Origin: Actinomycetota bacterium
Lineage (GTDB): Bacteria; Actinomycetota; Thermoleophilia; Solirubrobacterales; JACPNS01
Direction of reading: 5' to 3'
Length of the DNA stretch: 64,000 nucleotides
NCBI GenBank assembly: GCA_016219715.1
Contig: JACRKX010000024.1
Location: forward strand, 141 to 64,140
Part shown: positions 18,638 through 27,639 of the stretch, in pieces
How the letters are laid out: every line of letters begins with the position of its first letter
Numbering within the stretch: the stretch's first letter is position 1
Translations under genes and position numbers: made by a program
Notes under the pieces: generated by a model
What the model was told of the DNA's origin: nothing
Database searches by the model: none
What the model saw: the letters and a program-made list of their open reading frames with translations, nothing else

Positions 18638-19468
18638 CTAGCCGCGCTGGCAGGTCTTGCAGAAGTACGTGCCGCGCCCGGCGACGCGCGTCTTTACGAC
18701 CGGTCCGCCGCAGCCGGGACATGGCAGGCCCTCGCGTCGGTGAACGAGGAATTGATCCTGAAAGCTGCCCTGCACTCCGTAGGCGTCTCGAAAGTCGTCG
18801 ATCGACGCGCCCTTCGCATCGATTCCCGCGGTCAGCGAGTCGCGGATCGCGTCGCGCAGCGCGTCGCACTGCGCGCGCGTCAGCCGCGCCGCGCGGCGAT
18901 GCGGTGCGATGCCGGCCCGGTGGAGTGCCTCATCGGCATAGATGTTGCCGATCCCCGCCACGCGTCGCTGATCGAGCAGCAGCGCCTTGATCGGGGTCTT
19001 GCGGTTGCGCGTGTCGCGGTGCAGGCGCTCGCCGGTGAAGTCGTCGTCGAACGGCTCCGGTCCCAATCGCGCGGCAAAATATGCGTCGACGGCCTCTGGA
19101 GATGCGATCACCTCCGCCGTGCCGAAGCGGCGCGGGTCGGTGAAGGCCAGAGCGGCGCCGCTGTCGAGCAGCAGGGCGCCGCGCAGGTGGGCAGATGGGG
19201 TGGCCGACGCCTCGCTCAGGTACAGCAGGTTGCCCGTCATTCGCAGGTGCATGACAAGCGATGCGCCGTCATCGAGCAGGAAGTCGAAGTACTTGCCGCG
19301 GCGGCCGGCCGATTCGATCCGAGAACCGGTCAGGCGATTGGAGAAGCCGCGCGGCGAGGCCGGGGCCACCCACCGGGGGTCGGTTACGACGACGTTTGTG
19401 ATCCTGCGGCCTTCGAGCATCGGCGCAAGCTGACGGCGGATCGTCTCGACTTCGGGAAGTTCGGGCAC
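18638..19468 (-). CDS. mutM: Formamidopyrimidine-DNA glycosylase
   Basis: (M)PELPEVETIRRQL at the N-terminus and the C-terminal zinc finger CPGCGGPV...GRGTYFCKTCQ. Confidence 0.9.
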   Translation of the reverse strand: MPELPEVETIRRQLAPMLEGRRITNVVVTDPRWVAPASPRGFSNRLTGSRIESAGRRGKYFDFLLDDGASLVMHLRMTGNLLYLSEASATPSAHLRGALLLDSGAALAFTDPRRFGTAEVIASPEAVDAYFAARLGPEPFDDDFTGERLHRDTRNRKTPIKALLLDQRRVAGIGNIYADEALHRAGIAPHRRAARLTRAQCDALRDAIRDSLTAGIDAKGASIDDFRDAYGVQGSFQDQFLVHRREGLPCPGCGGPVVKTRVAGRGTYFCKTCQRG

Positions 19469-19525
19469 GCGCAGATCCTATGAGCAGCAGTCAGGCGCAA
19501 TGCCGCGCGGCGCAATGACGCGAGG

Positions 19526-19843
19526 TCAGGCTGTGGCTTCTAGGGCGGCGCGGATGCGCGGGTTTTGCAGGGCTAGCTGCAGGTCTTCGAAGCCGCCGAT
19601 GTGCTCGCCGCCGATCATTACCTGCGGCAGCGTGGTGCGACCGGTGAGCCGGGCGACGTGGCGCATGCCGTCTAAGTCGCCGGTGAGGTCGATCTCGTCG
19701 TAGCGGGCGCCAGTCGCGTCGAGCAGGCGCTTCGCGCGCACGCACGAACTGCAGTGGTCCTTCGAGTAGATCACGACTGGGGCGTCGCCCGGGCGATCTA
19801 CCGAACGAACGGGGGAGTGGGTGCCGTCGATCGCGTCCTCCAT
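19526..19843 (-). CDS. Glutaredoxin-like protein (CxxC = CSSC)
   Basis: VVIYSKDHCSSCVRAKRLLD...TLPQVMIGGEHIGGFEDL is a glutaredoxin fold. ATG at 19843 is chosen to avoid overlap with the divergent recO. Confidence 0.8.
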   Translation of the reverse strand: MEDAIDGTHSPVRSVDRPGDAPVVIYSKDHCSSCVRAKRLLDATGARYDEIDLTGDLDGMRHVARLTGRTTLPQVMIGGEHIGGFEDLQLALQNPRIRAALEATA

Positions 19844-19907
19844 GACAATCAGATTGTAAGTTCGGTAGTCGCGCGGCCGGCCGGTCGCCGTCACCTGGGA
19901 ATCGACG

Positions 19908-20627
19908 ATGGCGAATTCACTCAAGATAGAAGCGATCGTGCTGCGCAAGCTGCGTTATGGCGAGGCCGACAGCATCCTGCACCTCTACACGCGAGAGCAC
20001 GGCAGGTTGGGGGCGATCGCCAAGGGCGTGCGTCGCTCGAAATCCCGGTTCGGCGGGCGCCTCGAGCCGTTCTTCCGGCTCGAATTGATCCTGCACGAGG
20101 GCCGTGGCGACCTTGCGACGATCACCTCCGCCGAGACGCTAGACGGCTACCCGCGGCTGCGCGGGCGCGCGGCCTCGATCGACGCGGCGGCGAAGACCGG
20201 CGACTTCGTACTGCGCCTGCTCGACGATCGCGAGCGCAACGAGCCGGCATTCAACCTGCTGGCGAACTTCCTGGCCCTGCTCGATGCCGATCCCCACGCG
20301 TCGCGCCGCGAGGTCGGACTTTCGTTCAGGGCGAAGATGCTGCTTGCGGCGGGCTTTTCGCCCGAGCTGGGCGCATGCGTACAGTGCGGGGCCGATGAGG
20401 GCATCGTGGCGTTCAGTCCGTCGGCCGGTGGCGTGGTCTGCGGTGACTGTCGCGAGCAGGGCGACTTCGACTTCGGCGCCGAGGCTCACGGCTTTCTGAG
20501 CGGCGCGATCGGAACGGCGCTCGCCGACGCCCCGGCCGCTTCGCCCGACGCGCTGCGACAGGTCGACCGCGCGATCGGCGAGACCCTGGAGCACCACGCG
20601 CACGTACGAATGCGTTCGTTGATGTAG
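19908..20627 (+). CDS. recO: DNA repair protein RecO
   Basis: IEAIVLRKLRYGEADSILHLYTREHGRLGAIAKGVRRSKSRFGGRLEPF is a typical RecO OB-fold N-terminus. A C-terminal Cys4 (CVQCG...CGDC) is present. Confidence 0.9.
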   Translation: MANSLKIEAIVLRKLRYGEADSILHLYTREHGRLGAIAKGVRRSKSRFGGRLEPFFRLELILHEGRGDLATITSAETLDGYPRLRGRAASIDAAAKTGDFVLRLLDDRERNEPAFNLLANFLALLDADPHASRREVGLSFRAKMLLAAGFSPELGACVQCGADEGIVAFSPSAGGVVCGDCREQGDFDFGAEAHGFLSGAIGTALADAPAASPDALRQVDRAIGETLEHHAHVRMRSLM

Positions 20628-20650
20628 GGGCGATCCCGTCGGCCGCCGGC

Positions 20651-21715
20651 ATGTCCGGTGCCAGGTCTGGCATGCCATTGCTCATGTCAAACTCTCACGA
20701 CATGGAGGCACTGACTCAACCGGACTTCAAATCGCGTATCGAGGCTCGCGAAGACGTCATCCTGCAACCGGCCGCCGTGCGCTCATACCCGGCTCGCAGA
20801 CGCCGCGCAGAGGCCGACTCGCCGGTTCGCACGCCCTTCCAGCGCGACCGCGACCGGATCGTTCACAGCAAGGCCTTCCGGCGCTTGAAGCACAAGACGC
20901 AGGTCTTCATCTCGCCGCAGGGCGACCACTTCCGCACGCGGCTGACGCACACGCTCGAAGTCAGCGGAATCGCCCGTACCGTCGCGCGAGCCCTTCAGCT
21001 CAACGAAGACCTCGCCGAGGCCATCGCGCTCGGCCACGATCTCGGTCACCCGCCGTTCGGCCACATCGGCGAGACGGCGCTCTCCGAGCGGCTCAAGGCC
21101 CGCTTCGATCTCGATTTCAAGCACAACGAGCACTCGCTGCGCATGGTCGACACGCTCGAGCGCGACGGGGCGGGCCTCAACCTTACGGAGCCCGTGCGCG
21201 ATGGCATCCTCAACCACACAGGACCGGTCAAGCCGTTCTCGCTTGAAGGGCGCATCGTCAAGATCGTCGACCGCATCGGCTACATCAACCACGACATCGA
21301 TGACGCGCTGCGCGCCGGTGTGATCGCTCAGGGCGACCTGCCGCACGACGAGATCGCGTTGCTCGGCGCCTCGCCCGGTGAACGCATCGACACGCTCGTC
21401 AGCGACCTTGTCGCCTGTTCGCAGAACCGCGGCGACATCGCCCAGTCCACTGAGATCGGCGGCGCGATGCTGCGGCTGCGCAAGTTCATGTTCGAAAGCG
21501 TCTACCTGGGGCCGCTGGTGCGCGGCGAGGCCGATCGCGTAACCGAGCTGCTTCAGACGTTGTTCGACCACTACGTCGAGAACCCCGACGCGATCGGCGA
21601 CGGCACCGCGCAGGCCGCCACCGACGCCGAGCTGGCTCAGCGCGTTACCGATTGGATCGCCGGTATGACCGACCGCTACGCCTTTCGCGCTTACGACGAC
21701 CTGAAGGGGCGCTGA
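20651..21715 (+). CDS. dgt: dGTP triphosphohydrolase-like HD-domain protein
   Basis: FQRDRDRIVHSKAFRRLKHKTQVF and HFRTRLTHTLEV and GHDLGHPPFGH motifs. Located upstream of dnaG, as in many bacteria. Several alternative ATG starts lie between 20651 and 20702. Confidence 0.85.
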   Translation: MSGARSGMPLLMSNSHDMEALTQPDFKSRIEAREDVILQPAAVRSYPARRRRAEADSPVRTPFQRDRDRIVHSKAFRRLKHKTQVFISPQGDHFRTRLTHTLEVSGIARTVARALQLNEDLAEAIALGHDLGHPPFGHIGETALSERLKARFDLDFKHNEHSLRMVDTLERDGAGLNLTEPVRDGILNHTGPVKPFSLEGRIVKIVDRIGYINHDIDDALRAGVIAQGDLPHDEIALLGASPGERIDTLVSDLVACSQNRGDIAQSTEIGGAMLRLRKFMFESVYLGPLVRGEADRVTELLQTLFDHYVENPDAIGDGTAQAATDAELAQRVTDWIAGMTDRYAFRAYDDLKGR

Positions 21716-21719
21716 GAAC

Positions 21720-23459
21720 GTGGCGCGCTTCACGAATCCCTCGCTTGACAAGCTGCGCGACGCCGTCGACATCGTCGACCTGATCAACGGCTACACCGAT
21801 CTGCGCAGGGCCGGGAGCCAGTACACCGGTCTCTGCCCGTTTCACGAGGAGCGCACGCCGAGCTTCAGCGTCAATCCGACAGAGAAGCTCTACTACTGCT
21901 TCGGTTGCCAGGAGGGTGGCGACGCGATTGGCTTCGTCCAGAAGGCCGAGTCGCTCGACTTCGCGCAGACGATCGAGTGGCTCGCCGACCGCTACGGCGT
22001 AGAGCTCGAATACGAGGAGCTCGACCCCAAGGAGGCCGAGCGCCAGAAGCAGCGCGAACGCCTCTACGAACTGCTTGAACGCGCGACGAAGTTCTATGAG
22101 CGCACGCTGGCCGAGAGCGACGAGGCCGGGCCGGCGCGCGAGTACCTGAAGGATCGAGGCTTCAGCCCCGAGGTGCTGGCCAAGTTTCGCGTCGGATACT
22201 CGCCCAAGGCATGGGACAAGCTGTTCGTCCCGGCATTGCGCCAGGGCTTTACCGAGCAGGAGCTGCTGGCAGCCGGCCTTGCCCAGCGCAACGACCGCGG
22301 CCAGATCTACGACCGCTTTCGCGGTCGCGTGATGTTTCCGCTGTCCGACCCGCGCGGGCGCGTGCGCGGCTTCGGCGCACGCGCGATGCGCGACGGCGAC
22401 CGCCCGAAGTACTTGAACTCAGCCGACGGTCCCGTCTACCAGAAGGGCCGCCAGCTATTCGGCGCCAACCACGCTCGCAGCGTCGCCGCCAAGCGTGGCC
22501 GGGTGATCGCCGTCGAGGGGTACGCCGATGTGCTTGCGCTGCACGACGCCGGAATCGAGGAGAGCGTCGCCGTGATGGGCACGGCGATGACCGACGAGCA
22601 GGTCGTCGAACTCGCCCGTCTGGCCTCGCGCATCTATCTCGCACTCGACGCCGACCGTGCCGGCCGTCAGGCAATGATCCGCGCCGCACGGGTTGCCGAC
22701 CGCCACGGTATCGAGCTGCTCGTCGTTGACCTGCCCGCGGGCAAAGACCCAGCCGATTTGATTGCCGAGGGCGGGGCGGAGGCATTCGAAGACCGCGTAC
22801 GCAAGGCGCTGACCGTGGTCGAGTTCGAGATCGCACAAACGCTCGCGGCGGCCGACCTCGACAGCGCGCGCGGACGCGACGCCGCAATCGCCGAACTACA
22901 GCCGATCTTCGAGCTGATTCCGATCGGTGCCGTGAAGGACGAGCAGATCCGACTCGTCGCCGACAAGCTGAAGGTCAGCGAGAACGCACTGGCGGGTTTG
23001 CGAAACGTGCGCGTGAAACACGATCGCCAGGCAGCCGGAAATGCCATCGTGCCGGGCGCGGCGATTCCGGAGAGCGAAAAATCCGAGCGCCTCTTCTTCG
23101 CTTCCTGCCTCAGTTCTCGCGCCGTCGGACCCGAGTATCTCGAAAAACTCACGAACGATCTTTTGTCTACTCCGTTGATGCGCGAGCTGCGCGACCACCT
23201 GCAGAAGAACTTCGAAAAACCGCTTGCGGGAGCCGCATCGCTAAAGCCTGAGCTACGGGATGCCGTTACAGAGGTAGCGATGCTTTCCGAAAGGGAGAAC
23301 GCCTCACCGAAGGCGATCCAGCTGGGATTTCTTCAGCTTGAAAAGGCAGGTCTGGAGCGTGCGCTAGCCGGCTCAGCGGCAAGTGACAAGGCGAAGATCG
23401 AGCTCAAGCGGCAGGAAGTCATAAAACAGCTTGGTGAGTTGACGGCAGAGTTCGCGTAA
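21720..23459 (+). CDS. dnaG: DNA primase
   Basis: Zinc-binding [36 protein letters not shown] region EGYADVLAL...DADRAGRQA. Confidence 0.92.
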   Translation: MARFTNPSLDKLRDAVDIVDLINGYTDLRRAGSQYTGLCPFHEERTPSFSVNPTEKLYYCFGCQEGGDAIGFVQKAESLDFAQTIEWLADRYGVELEYEELDPKEAERQKQRERLYELLERATKFYERTLAESDEAGPAREYLKDRGFSPEVLAKFRVGYSPKAWDKLFVPALRQGFTEQELLAAGLAQRNDRGQIYDRFRGRVMFPLSDPRGRVRGFGARAMRDGDRPKYLNSADGPVYQKGRQLFGANHARSVAAKRGRVIAVEGYADVLALHDAGIEESVAVMGTAMTDEQVVELARLASRIYLALDADRAGRQAMIRAARVADRHGIELLVVDLPAGKDPADLIAEGGAEAFEDRVRKALTVVEFEIAQTLAAADLDSARGRDAAIAELQPIFELIPIGAVKDEQIRLVADKLKVSENALAGLRNVRVKHDRQAAGNAIVPGAAIPESEKSERLFFASCLSSRAVGPEYLEKLTNDLLSTPLMRELRDHLQKNFEKPLAGAASLKPELRDAVTEVAMLSERENASPKAIQLGFLQLEKAGLERALAGSAASDKAKIELKRQEVIKQLGELTAEFA

Positions 23460-23494
23460 CTCATCTCCGCAGCCGGAAGGCGCTCGTCTCAAGG

Positions 23495-24421
23495 ATGACC
23501 CGAGTGCTTCAAGAACCTTCAAATCCCGCGCCCACAAACCCTGCGCTTCCGGCGTTCGACAAGACGCTGGACACGACGCCGGGCGAGGGTCGCGAAGCGA
23601 TCGACACGGTGCGCCTGTACCTCAAGGCGATCGGCGAGCGCAAGCTACTGTCGGCCGAAGACGAGGTGCGCTTGGCGAAGCGCATCGAGCGCGCGGACAA
23701 CGACGCCAAGAACCAGATGATCGAGGCCAACCTGCGTCTCGTCGTCAGTATCGCGAAGCGTTACAACGACCGCGGTCTATCGCTGCTGGACCTGATCCAG
23801 GAAGGCAATGTCGGGCTGATGCGCGCAGTTGAGAAGTTCGACTGGCGCCGCGGCTACAAGTTCAGCACCTACGCCGCCTGGTGGATCCGTCAGGGAATCA
23901 CTCGCGCGATCGCCGACCAGGCGCGCACGATCCGTATCCCGGTTCACCTGCTGCAGAACGTCAACAAGGTGGCAGCCGTGCGCCGCCGGCTCGAGCAGGA
24001 GTTAGGCCGTGAGCCCGCGGAAGAGGAGATCGCCCAGGCGCTCGAAATGGACGTCGAGGACGTCAAGAATCTGATGGAGCTAAACGCCGACACAGTGTCG
24101 CTGGACACGCCGATCGGCAGCGATGAAGGCAGCGCAACGCTGGGTGACGTCGTCGAAGACGGCGCGGAACTGCGCCCCGAAGAGATCGTCGCAGAGCGGC
24201 TGCTCTCCGAGGACATCGATGTCGTGCTGGGCCAGCTCAACGACCGCGAACGCCGCGTGATCGAGCTTCGATACGGCATCACCGGCGACGAGCCGCTGAC
24301 CCTGGTCGAGATCGGCAAGTACATCGGCGTCACGCGCGAACGCGTGCGCCAGATCGAGATCGCCGCGATCAACAAGCTCCGCCGCGGTCACGAGACCGAG
24401 CGCCTGCGGCGCGTGGTCTGA
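23495..24421 (+). CDS. RNA polymerase sigma-70 family factor (RpoD/SigA-like, short N-terminus)
   Basis: Regions 1.2 to 4.2 are recognisable ([56 protein letters not shown]). Follows dnaG, as in the MMS operon. Confidence 0.88.
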   Translation: MTRVLQEPSNPAPTNPALPAFDKTLDTTPGEGREAIDTVRLYLKAIGERKLLSAEDEVRLAKRIERADNDAKNQMIEANLRLVVSIAKRYNDRGLSLLDLIQEGNVGLMRAVEKFDWRRGYKFSTYAAWWIRQGITRAIADQARTIRIPVHLLQNVNKVAAVRRRLEQELGREPAEEEIAQALEMDVEDVKNLMELNADTVSLDTPIGSDEGSATLGDVVEDGAELRPEEIVAERLLSEDIDVVLGQLNDRERRVIELRYGITGDEPLTLVEIGKYIGVTRERVRQIEIAAINKLRRGHETERLRRVV

Positions 24422-24540
24422 GCGCCGGCGCGCCGGCAGAGCAGCGGAATTGCGCTCCAGTTCCGCGGCTTTCGCGATCGCTTTTCGCTACGTGACGCCG
24501 GGCGCCTGATCGGGCCCTGCTACAACTTCGCTCCGGAAAG

Positions 24541-24555
24541 TTAGGCAACCCTAAC
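24541..24555. promoter_or_regulatory. Palindromic operator candidate TTAGGCAACCCTAAC (copy 1)
   Basis: GTTAGG-CAAC-CCTAAC inverted repeat ending 18 nt upstream of the ATG at 24574. An identical 15-mer lies at 26076-26090. Confidence 0.55.
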
Positions 24556-24573
24556 TCTAGGGACGGAGATGAG

Positions 24574-26019
24574 ATGATGCAGCGGCGGCGTACGGTGGCC
24601 ATGGCGACTCTGGCGGTCCTGGCGACGACTGCCGTGGTGCCGCCGACGGCGGCGGCTCACGGCTTTTTCGACCGCGTCAACCCGCCGATCCCCCAGTGGC
24701 TCTTCATTTGGGCCGCGGCGATAGTCCTGATCGTGTCATTCGTGGCACTGGGCGCGCTGTGGTCGAAACCGAAGTTCGGCGATGGGAACTGGCGTCCGTT
24801 GCCCGCGATCGTCTCGCGCATCCTGACCGGGCGTATCGTCGCCGTGGTCTGCGGCGCGACCGGCGTGGTCCTATTGGCGACGGTCGTGGTGAGTGGTCTG
24901 GCGGGGCGGCAGGTCGTCGAAGACAACTTCGCGCCGATCTTCGTTTACGTCGTCTTCTGGATCGGGCTTGTTCCGCTGAGTGCGTTGTTCGGCGATGTCT
25001 TCCGGGCATTCAACCCGTGGCGCGCGATCGGCCGCGCGACGGCGTCGCTAAGTCGCGCGATCACCGGCAGACCGCTGCGAGCCCGGCGGGCCTATCCGGC
25101 GTGGCTGGGTCTCTGGCCGGCTACCTGCACGCTGGTCGCGTTCGCGCTACTCGAGTACGTCCACTCCGGCGGTATGCAGCCGCGTACGATCGCTGTTGCG
25201 ACGATCGTGTATTCGGTCGTGACGTTTGCGGGCATGGCACTGTTCGGCGTCGACCGGTGGCTGGATCGCGGCGAGGGTTTCTCGGTGTACTTCAACCTGT
25301 TCTCGCGAGTGTCGGTATTCGAGCGACGCGCGGGAACGATCGGATTGCGTCCACCGCTGGCGGGGCTGGCTGGAGTGCGCCCGCTTCCGGGCATATCGGT
25401 ACTACTCGCCGTGATGATCGGCGCGGTCACTTTCGACAGTCTCGGCGAGGGGCCCACCGGACAGGCCGTGATCGCAGATCTTCAGCGGACTGCCGAGTGG
25501 TTCGGTCTGAACACTGTCGCGGCCACGCAGGTGGCGCTCGTCGTTGGACTCGCGGCGGTGATCGCCGCTGTCCTGGGTTTCTATCGCCTGGGGATTGCCG
25601 GCGTACACAGGGTGTGCGGCGGGCCGTCGTCTAAGCAGTTGGCGGTGGAGTTTGCTCCGACACTCGTGCCGATCGCGCTCGCCTATGTCGGCGCCCACTA
25701 CCTGACGCTGCTGTTGTTTCAGGGGCAGGCGATCTTCGCGCTGGCGTCGGATCCGCTCGGAAACGGCAGCGACCTTTTCGGCACCGCCGGCACGATGATC
25801 GATCGCGGTCTCGTCGGCTCGACGACGATCTGGTACATGCAGGTCGGGCTGGTCGTGGTCGGCCATGTGGCGGGATTGATGCTGGCGCATGATCGCGCGC
25901 TCGTTCTGTACCGGAATCCGCGTGATGTGCTGCGCTCGCAGTTATGGATGCTCGGCGTGATGGTCGGATTCACGGTGCTCGCGCTCTGGCTTCTGTCCCA
26001 GGTGAGCGGCTGGGTGTAG
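24574..26019 (+). CDS. Polytopic integral membrane protein of unknown function (paralog B of 607-1959), with cleavable-looking signal peptide
   Basis: 481 aa. N-terminal signal (RRRTVAMATLAVLATTAVVPPTAAA / HGFF), then the same conserved blocks as paralog A. RBS GGACGGAG. Confidence 0.65.
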   Translation: MMQRRRTVAMATLAVLATTAVVPPTAAAHGFFDRVNPPIPQWLFIWAAAIVLIVSFVALGALWSKPKFGDGNWRPLPAIVSRILTGRIVAVVCGATGVVLLATVVVSGLAGRQVVEDNFAPIFVYVVFWIGLVPLSALFGDVFRAFNPWRAIGRATASLSRAITGRPLRARRAYPAWLGLWPATCTLVAFALLEYVHSGGMQPRTIAVATIVYSVVTFAGMALFGVDRWLDRGEGFSVYFNLFSRVSVFERRAGTIGLRPPLAGLAGVRPLPGISVLLAVMIGAVTFDSLGEGPTGQAVIADLQRTAEWFGLNTVAATQVALVVGLAAVIAAVLGFYRLGIAGVHRVCGGPSSKQLAVEFAPTLVPIALAYVGAHYLTLLLFQGQAIFALASDPLGNGSDLFGTAGTMIDRGLVGSTTIWYMQVGLVVVGHVAGLMLAHDRALVLYRNPRDVLRSQLWMLGVMVGFTVLALWLLSQVSGWV

Positions 26020-26075
26020 ATCGGGCCGCCAGTTTCTTGGTCGATCGAACCTTGCGTTATGATCTGCTCACTTTA

Positions 26076-26090
26076 TTAGGCAACCCTAAC
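26076..26090. promoter_or_regulatory. Palindromic operator candidate TTAGGCAACCCTAAC (copy 2)
   Basis: Identical 15-mer in an AT-rich context (CTTTATTAGGCAACCCTAACTTTATAAAG). It ends 66 nt upstream of the lipoprotein ATG at 26157. Confidence 0.55.
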
Positions 26091-26156
26091 TTTATAAAGA
26101 CTTTCCCAACGCGTCTGCATCTTGCCGACGACCAGAACCTCGGAGGTTCAGAAGAG

Positions 26157-26924
26157 ATGAATAAGTTCCTCGGCCAATCGATCTCGATCTTGCTTGCGCT
26201 GTTGATTTCCGCCGGAGCCCTGGCCGGCTGCGGTAACGACGACGAGGGCGGAAAGACCGCCTCTACGGCCAAGGCCTCGGCGGGGCAGATCGAGCAAGCG
26301 GGCCAGCTGGCGATGATCCGAGCGCACCAGATCGCCTCCGAGAGTCTCTACGAGAAAGGGCAGGTTGCGAAGTCGGCCAAGCACGCCGGCCACCCGGTCG
26401 AGGAAGTCTTCTTCGCGTTGTCGCGCACTCTGCGCTCGAAAGACGCCGCGTTGACCGCCGATCTAAGGACTGCGTTGAAGCGCCCCAATGACGTCATTTA
26501 CGCGCGCGAGCCGGCTGCCAAGCTGAAGACCGCATACAAGGACGCCGGGCGAGAGGTCGAGCGCGCCGAGGCAACGCTTGTGCCGGAAGCGATGCGGGAT
26601 ACGACCGCCTTTCGCGCTCAGGTGATCGCGAATCTGCTGGAGACGGTCCATCACGAGTACTCGGAAGCTGTCGTGAACGGCACTCTGAAGATGGAGCTCG
26701 AGTACCAAGACGCCTGGGGTGCGTTGAAAGTTGCTGACGCCCGGTTCGCCGCCGCGCGCGCGGAATTCGGAGATCAGGCCAGCGAGATCGAGCGAAACCT
26801 TCATGAACTGAACCATCTGCTTCCCGGCGTTGAGCCTCCGGCGCGACTCGCCACTCCCGAGGCCGTAGGGGTGGCGGTCGACGGCGCGGTCGCGGCGCTC
26901 AACGAGGTGGCTCAAGCTCGATGA
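26157..26924 (+). CDS. Lipoprotein, all-helical, unknown function
   Basis: Lipobox LLISAGALAGC at the N-terminus and RBS GGAGG upstream. Helix-rich, His/Glu-containing mature part (HAGHPVEE, VHHEYSEA). Confidence 0.6.
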   Translation: MNKFLGQSISILLALLISAGALAGCGNDDEGGKTASTAKASAGQIEQAGQLAMIRAHQIASESLYEKGQVAKSAKHAGHPVEEVFFALSRTLRSKDAALTADLRTALKRPNDVIYAREPAAKLKTAYKDAGREVERAEATLVPEAMRDTTAFRAQVIANLLETVHHEYSEAVVNGTLKMELEYQDAWGALKVADARFAAARAEFGDQASEIERNLHELNHLLPGVEPPARLATPEAVGVAVDGAVAALNEVAQAR

Positions 26925-27438
26925 TCGGCACGCCTTCGGCTTCGGCGGCGGCGCCGAACATCTCGTAGTCGTAGTCCGAGAAGAGGCAGAACCGGGCCAC
27001 CCGAACCTCAGGGTGGCCCGACAGTGCCTCGTATACGGCAGCGAGCGCGGTCGGTGCGGCCAGCTCGACGGGATAGCCATAGACGCCGGTTGAAATAGCC
27101 GGCAGCGCGACTGAATTGCAGTCGAGCTCGGCAGCCTTCGCGATCGAGTTTCGGTAGGCGGCCGCCAGCAGCTCCTTTTCGCCCTGTCCGCCGCCACGCC
27201 AGACCGGTCCGACTGCGTGGATCACGATCTTCGCGTGTAGCTTGCCCGCGGGGGTCGCGAAGGCGTCGCCGACCGGCACGAACGGCGCTTCGAACGAGGC
27301 TTCGGTCAGTGCCGGGCCGGCGGCCAGCGCGATCGCCCGCGCGAGGCCACCTACGTGTTCGAGATGCGAGTTCGCGGCATTGACGATCGCATCGACTTCC
27401 TGAGCGGTGATGTCGGCTTTGAGAAGTTCGATCGCCAT
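26899..27438 (-). CDS. Macro-domain protein (ADP-ribose / O-acetyl-ADP-ribose binding or hydrolase)
   Basis: ADITAQEVDAIVNAANSHLEHVGGLARAI ... ALPAISTGVYGYP is a canonical macro-domain signature. ATG at 27438. Confidence 0.8.
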   Translation of the reverse strand: MAIELLKADITAQEVDAIVNAANSHLEHVGGLARAIALAAGPALTEASFEAPFVPVGDAFATPAGKLHAKIVIHAVGPVWRGGGQGEKELLAAAYRNSIAKAAELDCNSVALPAISTGVYGYPVELAAPTALAAVYEALSGHPEVRVARFCLFSDYDYEMFGAAAEAEGVPIIELEPPR

Positions 27439-27508
27439 GGTGTGAAGTATGCCTGCCTCCACACAACGACGAAGGCCGCGCCCAGTAGATGGACGCGGCC
27501 TTAAGGAG

Positions 27509-27581
27509 CTCCCCGGGTTGGACTCGAACCAACGACATTTCGGTTAACAGCCGAACGCTCTACCAGCTGAGCTACCGGGGA
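27509..27581 (-). tRNA. tRNA-Asn (GTT)
   Basis: The reverse complement TCCCCGGTAGCTCAGCTGGTAGAGCGTTCGGCTGTTAACCGAAATGTCGTTGGTTCGAGTCCAACCCGGGGAG folds as a cloverleaf. Anticodon loop CTGTTAA. CCA is not encoded. Confidence 0.9.
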
Positions 27582-27639
27582 ATGCGAATGGGAAAGGTAC
27601 CAGCCGGATCGATCGCCCCGGCCTCGTCTGGGTGGGCGC

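Noticed and set aside
20606-20619. Palindrome ACGAATGCGTTCGT near the recO stop / dgt start, considered as a third LexA box
   Set aside because: The spacing is wrong for the Cheo box (GAAT-GC-GTTC instead of GAAC-N4-GTTC). It lies inside the recO coding sequence. It may be another protein's site or chance.
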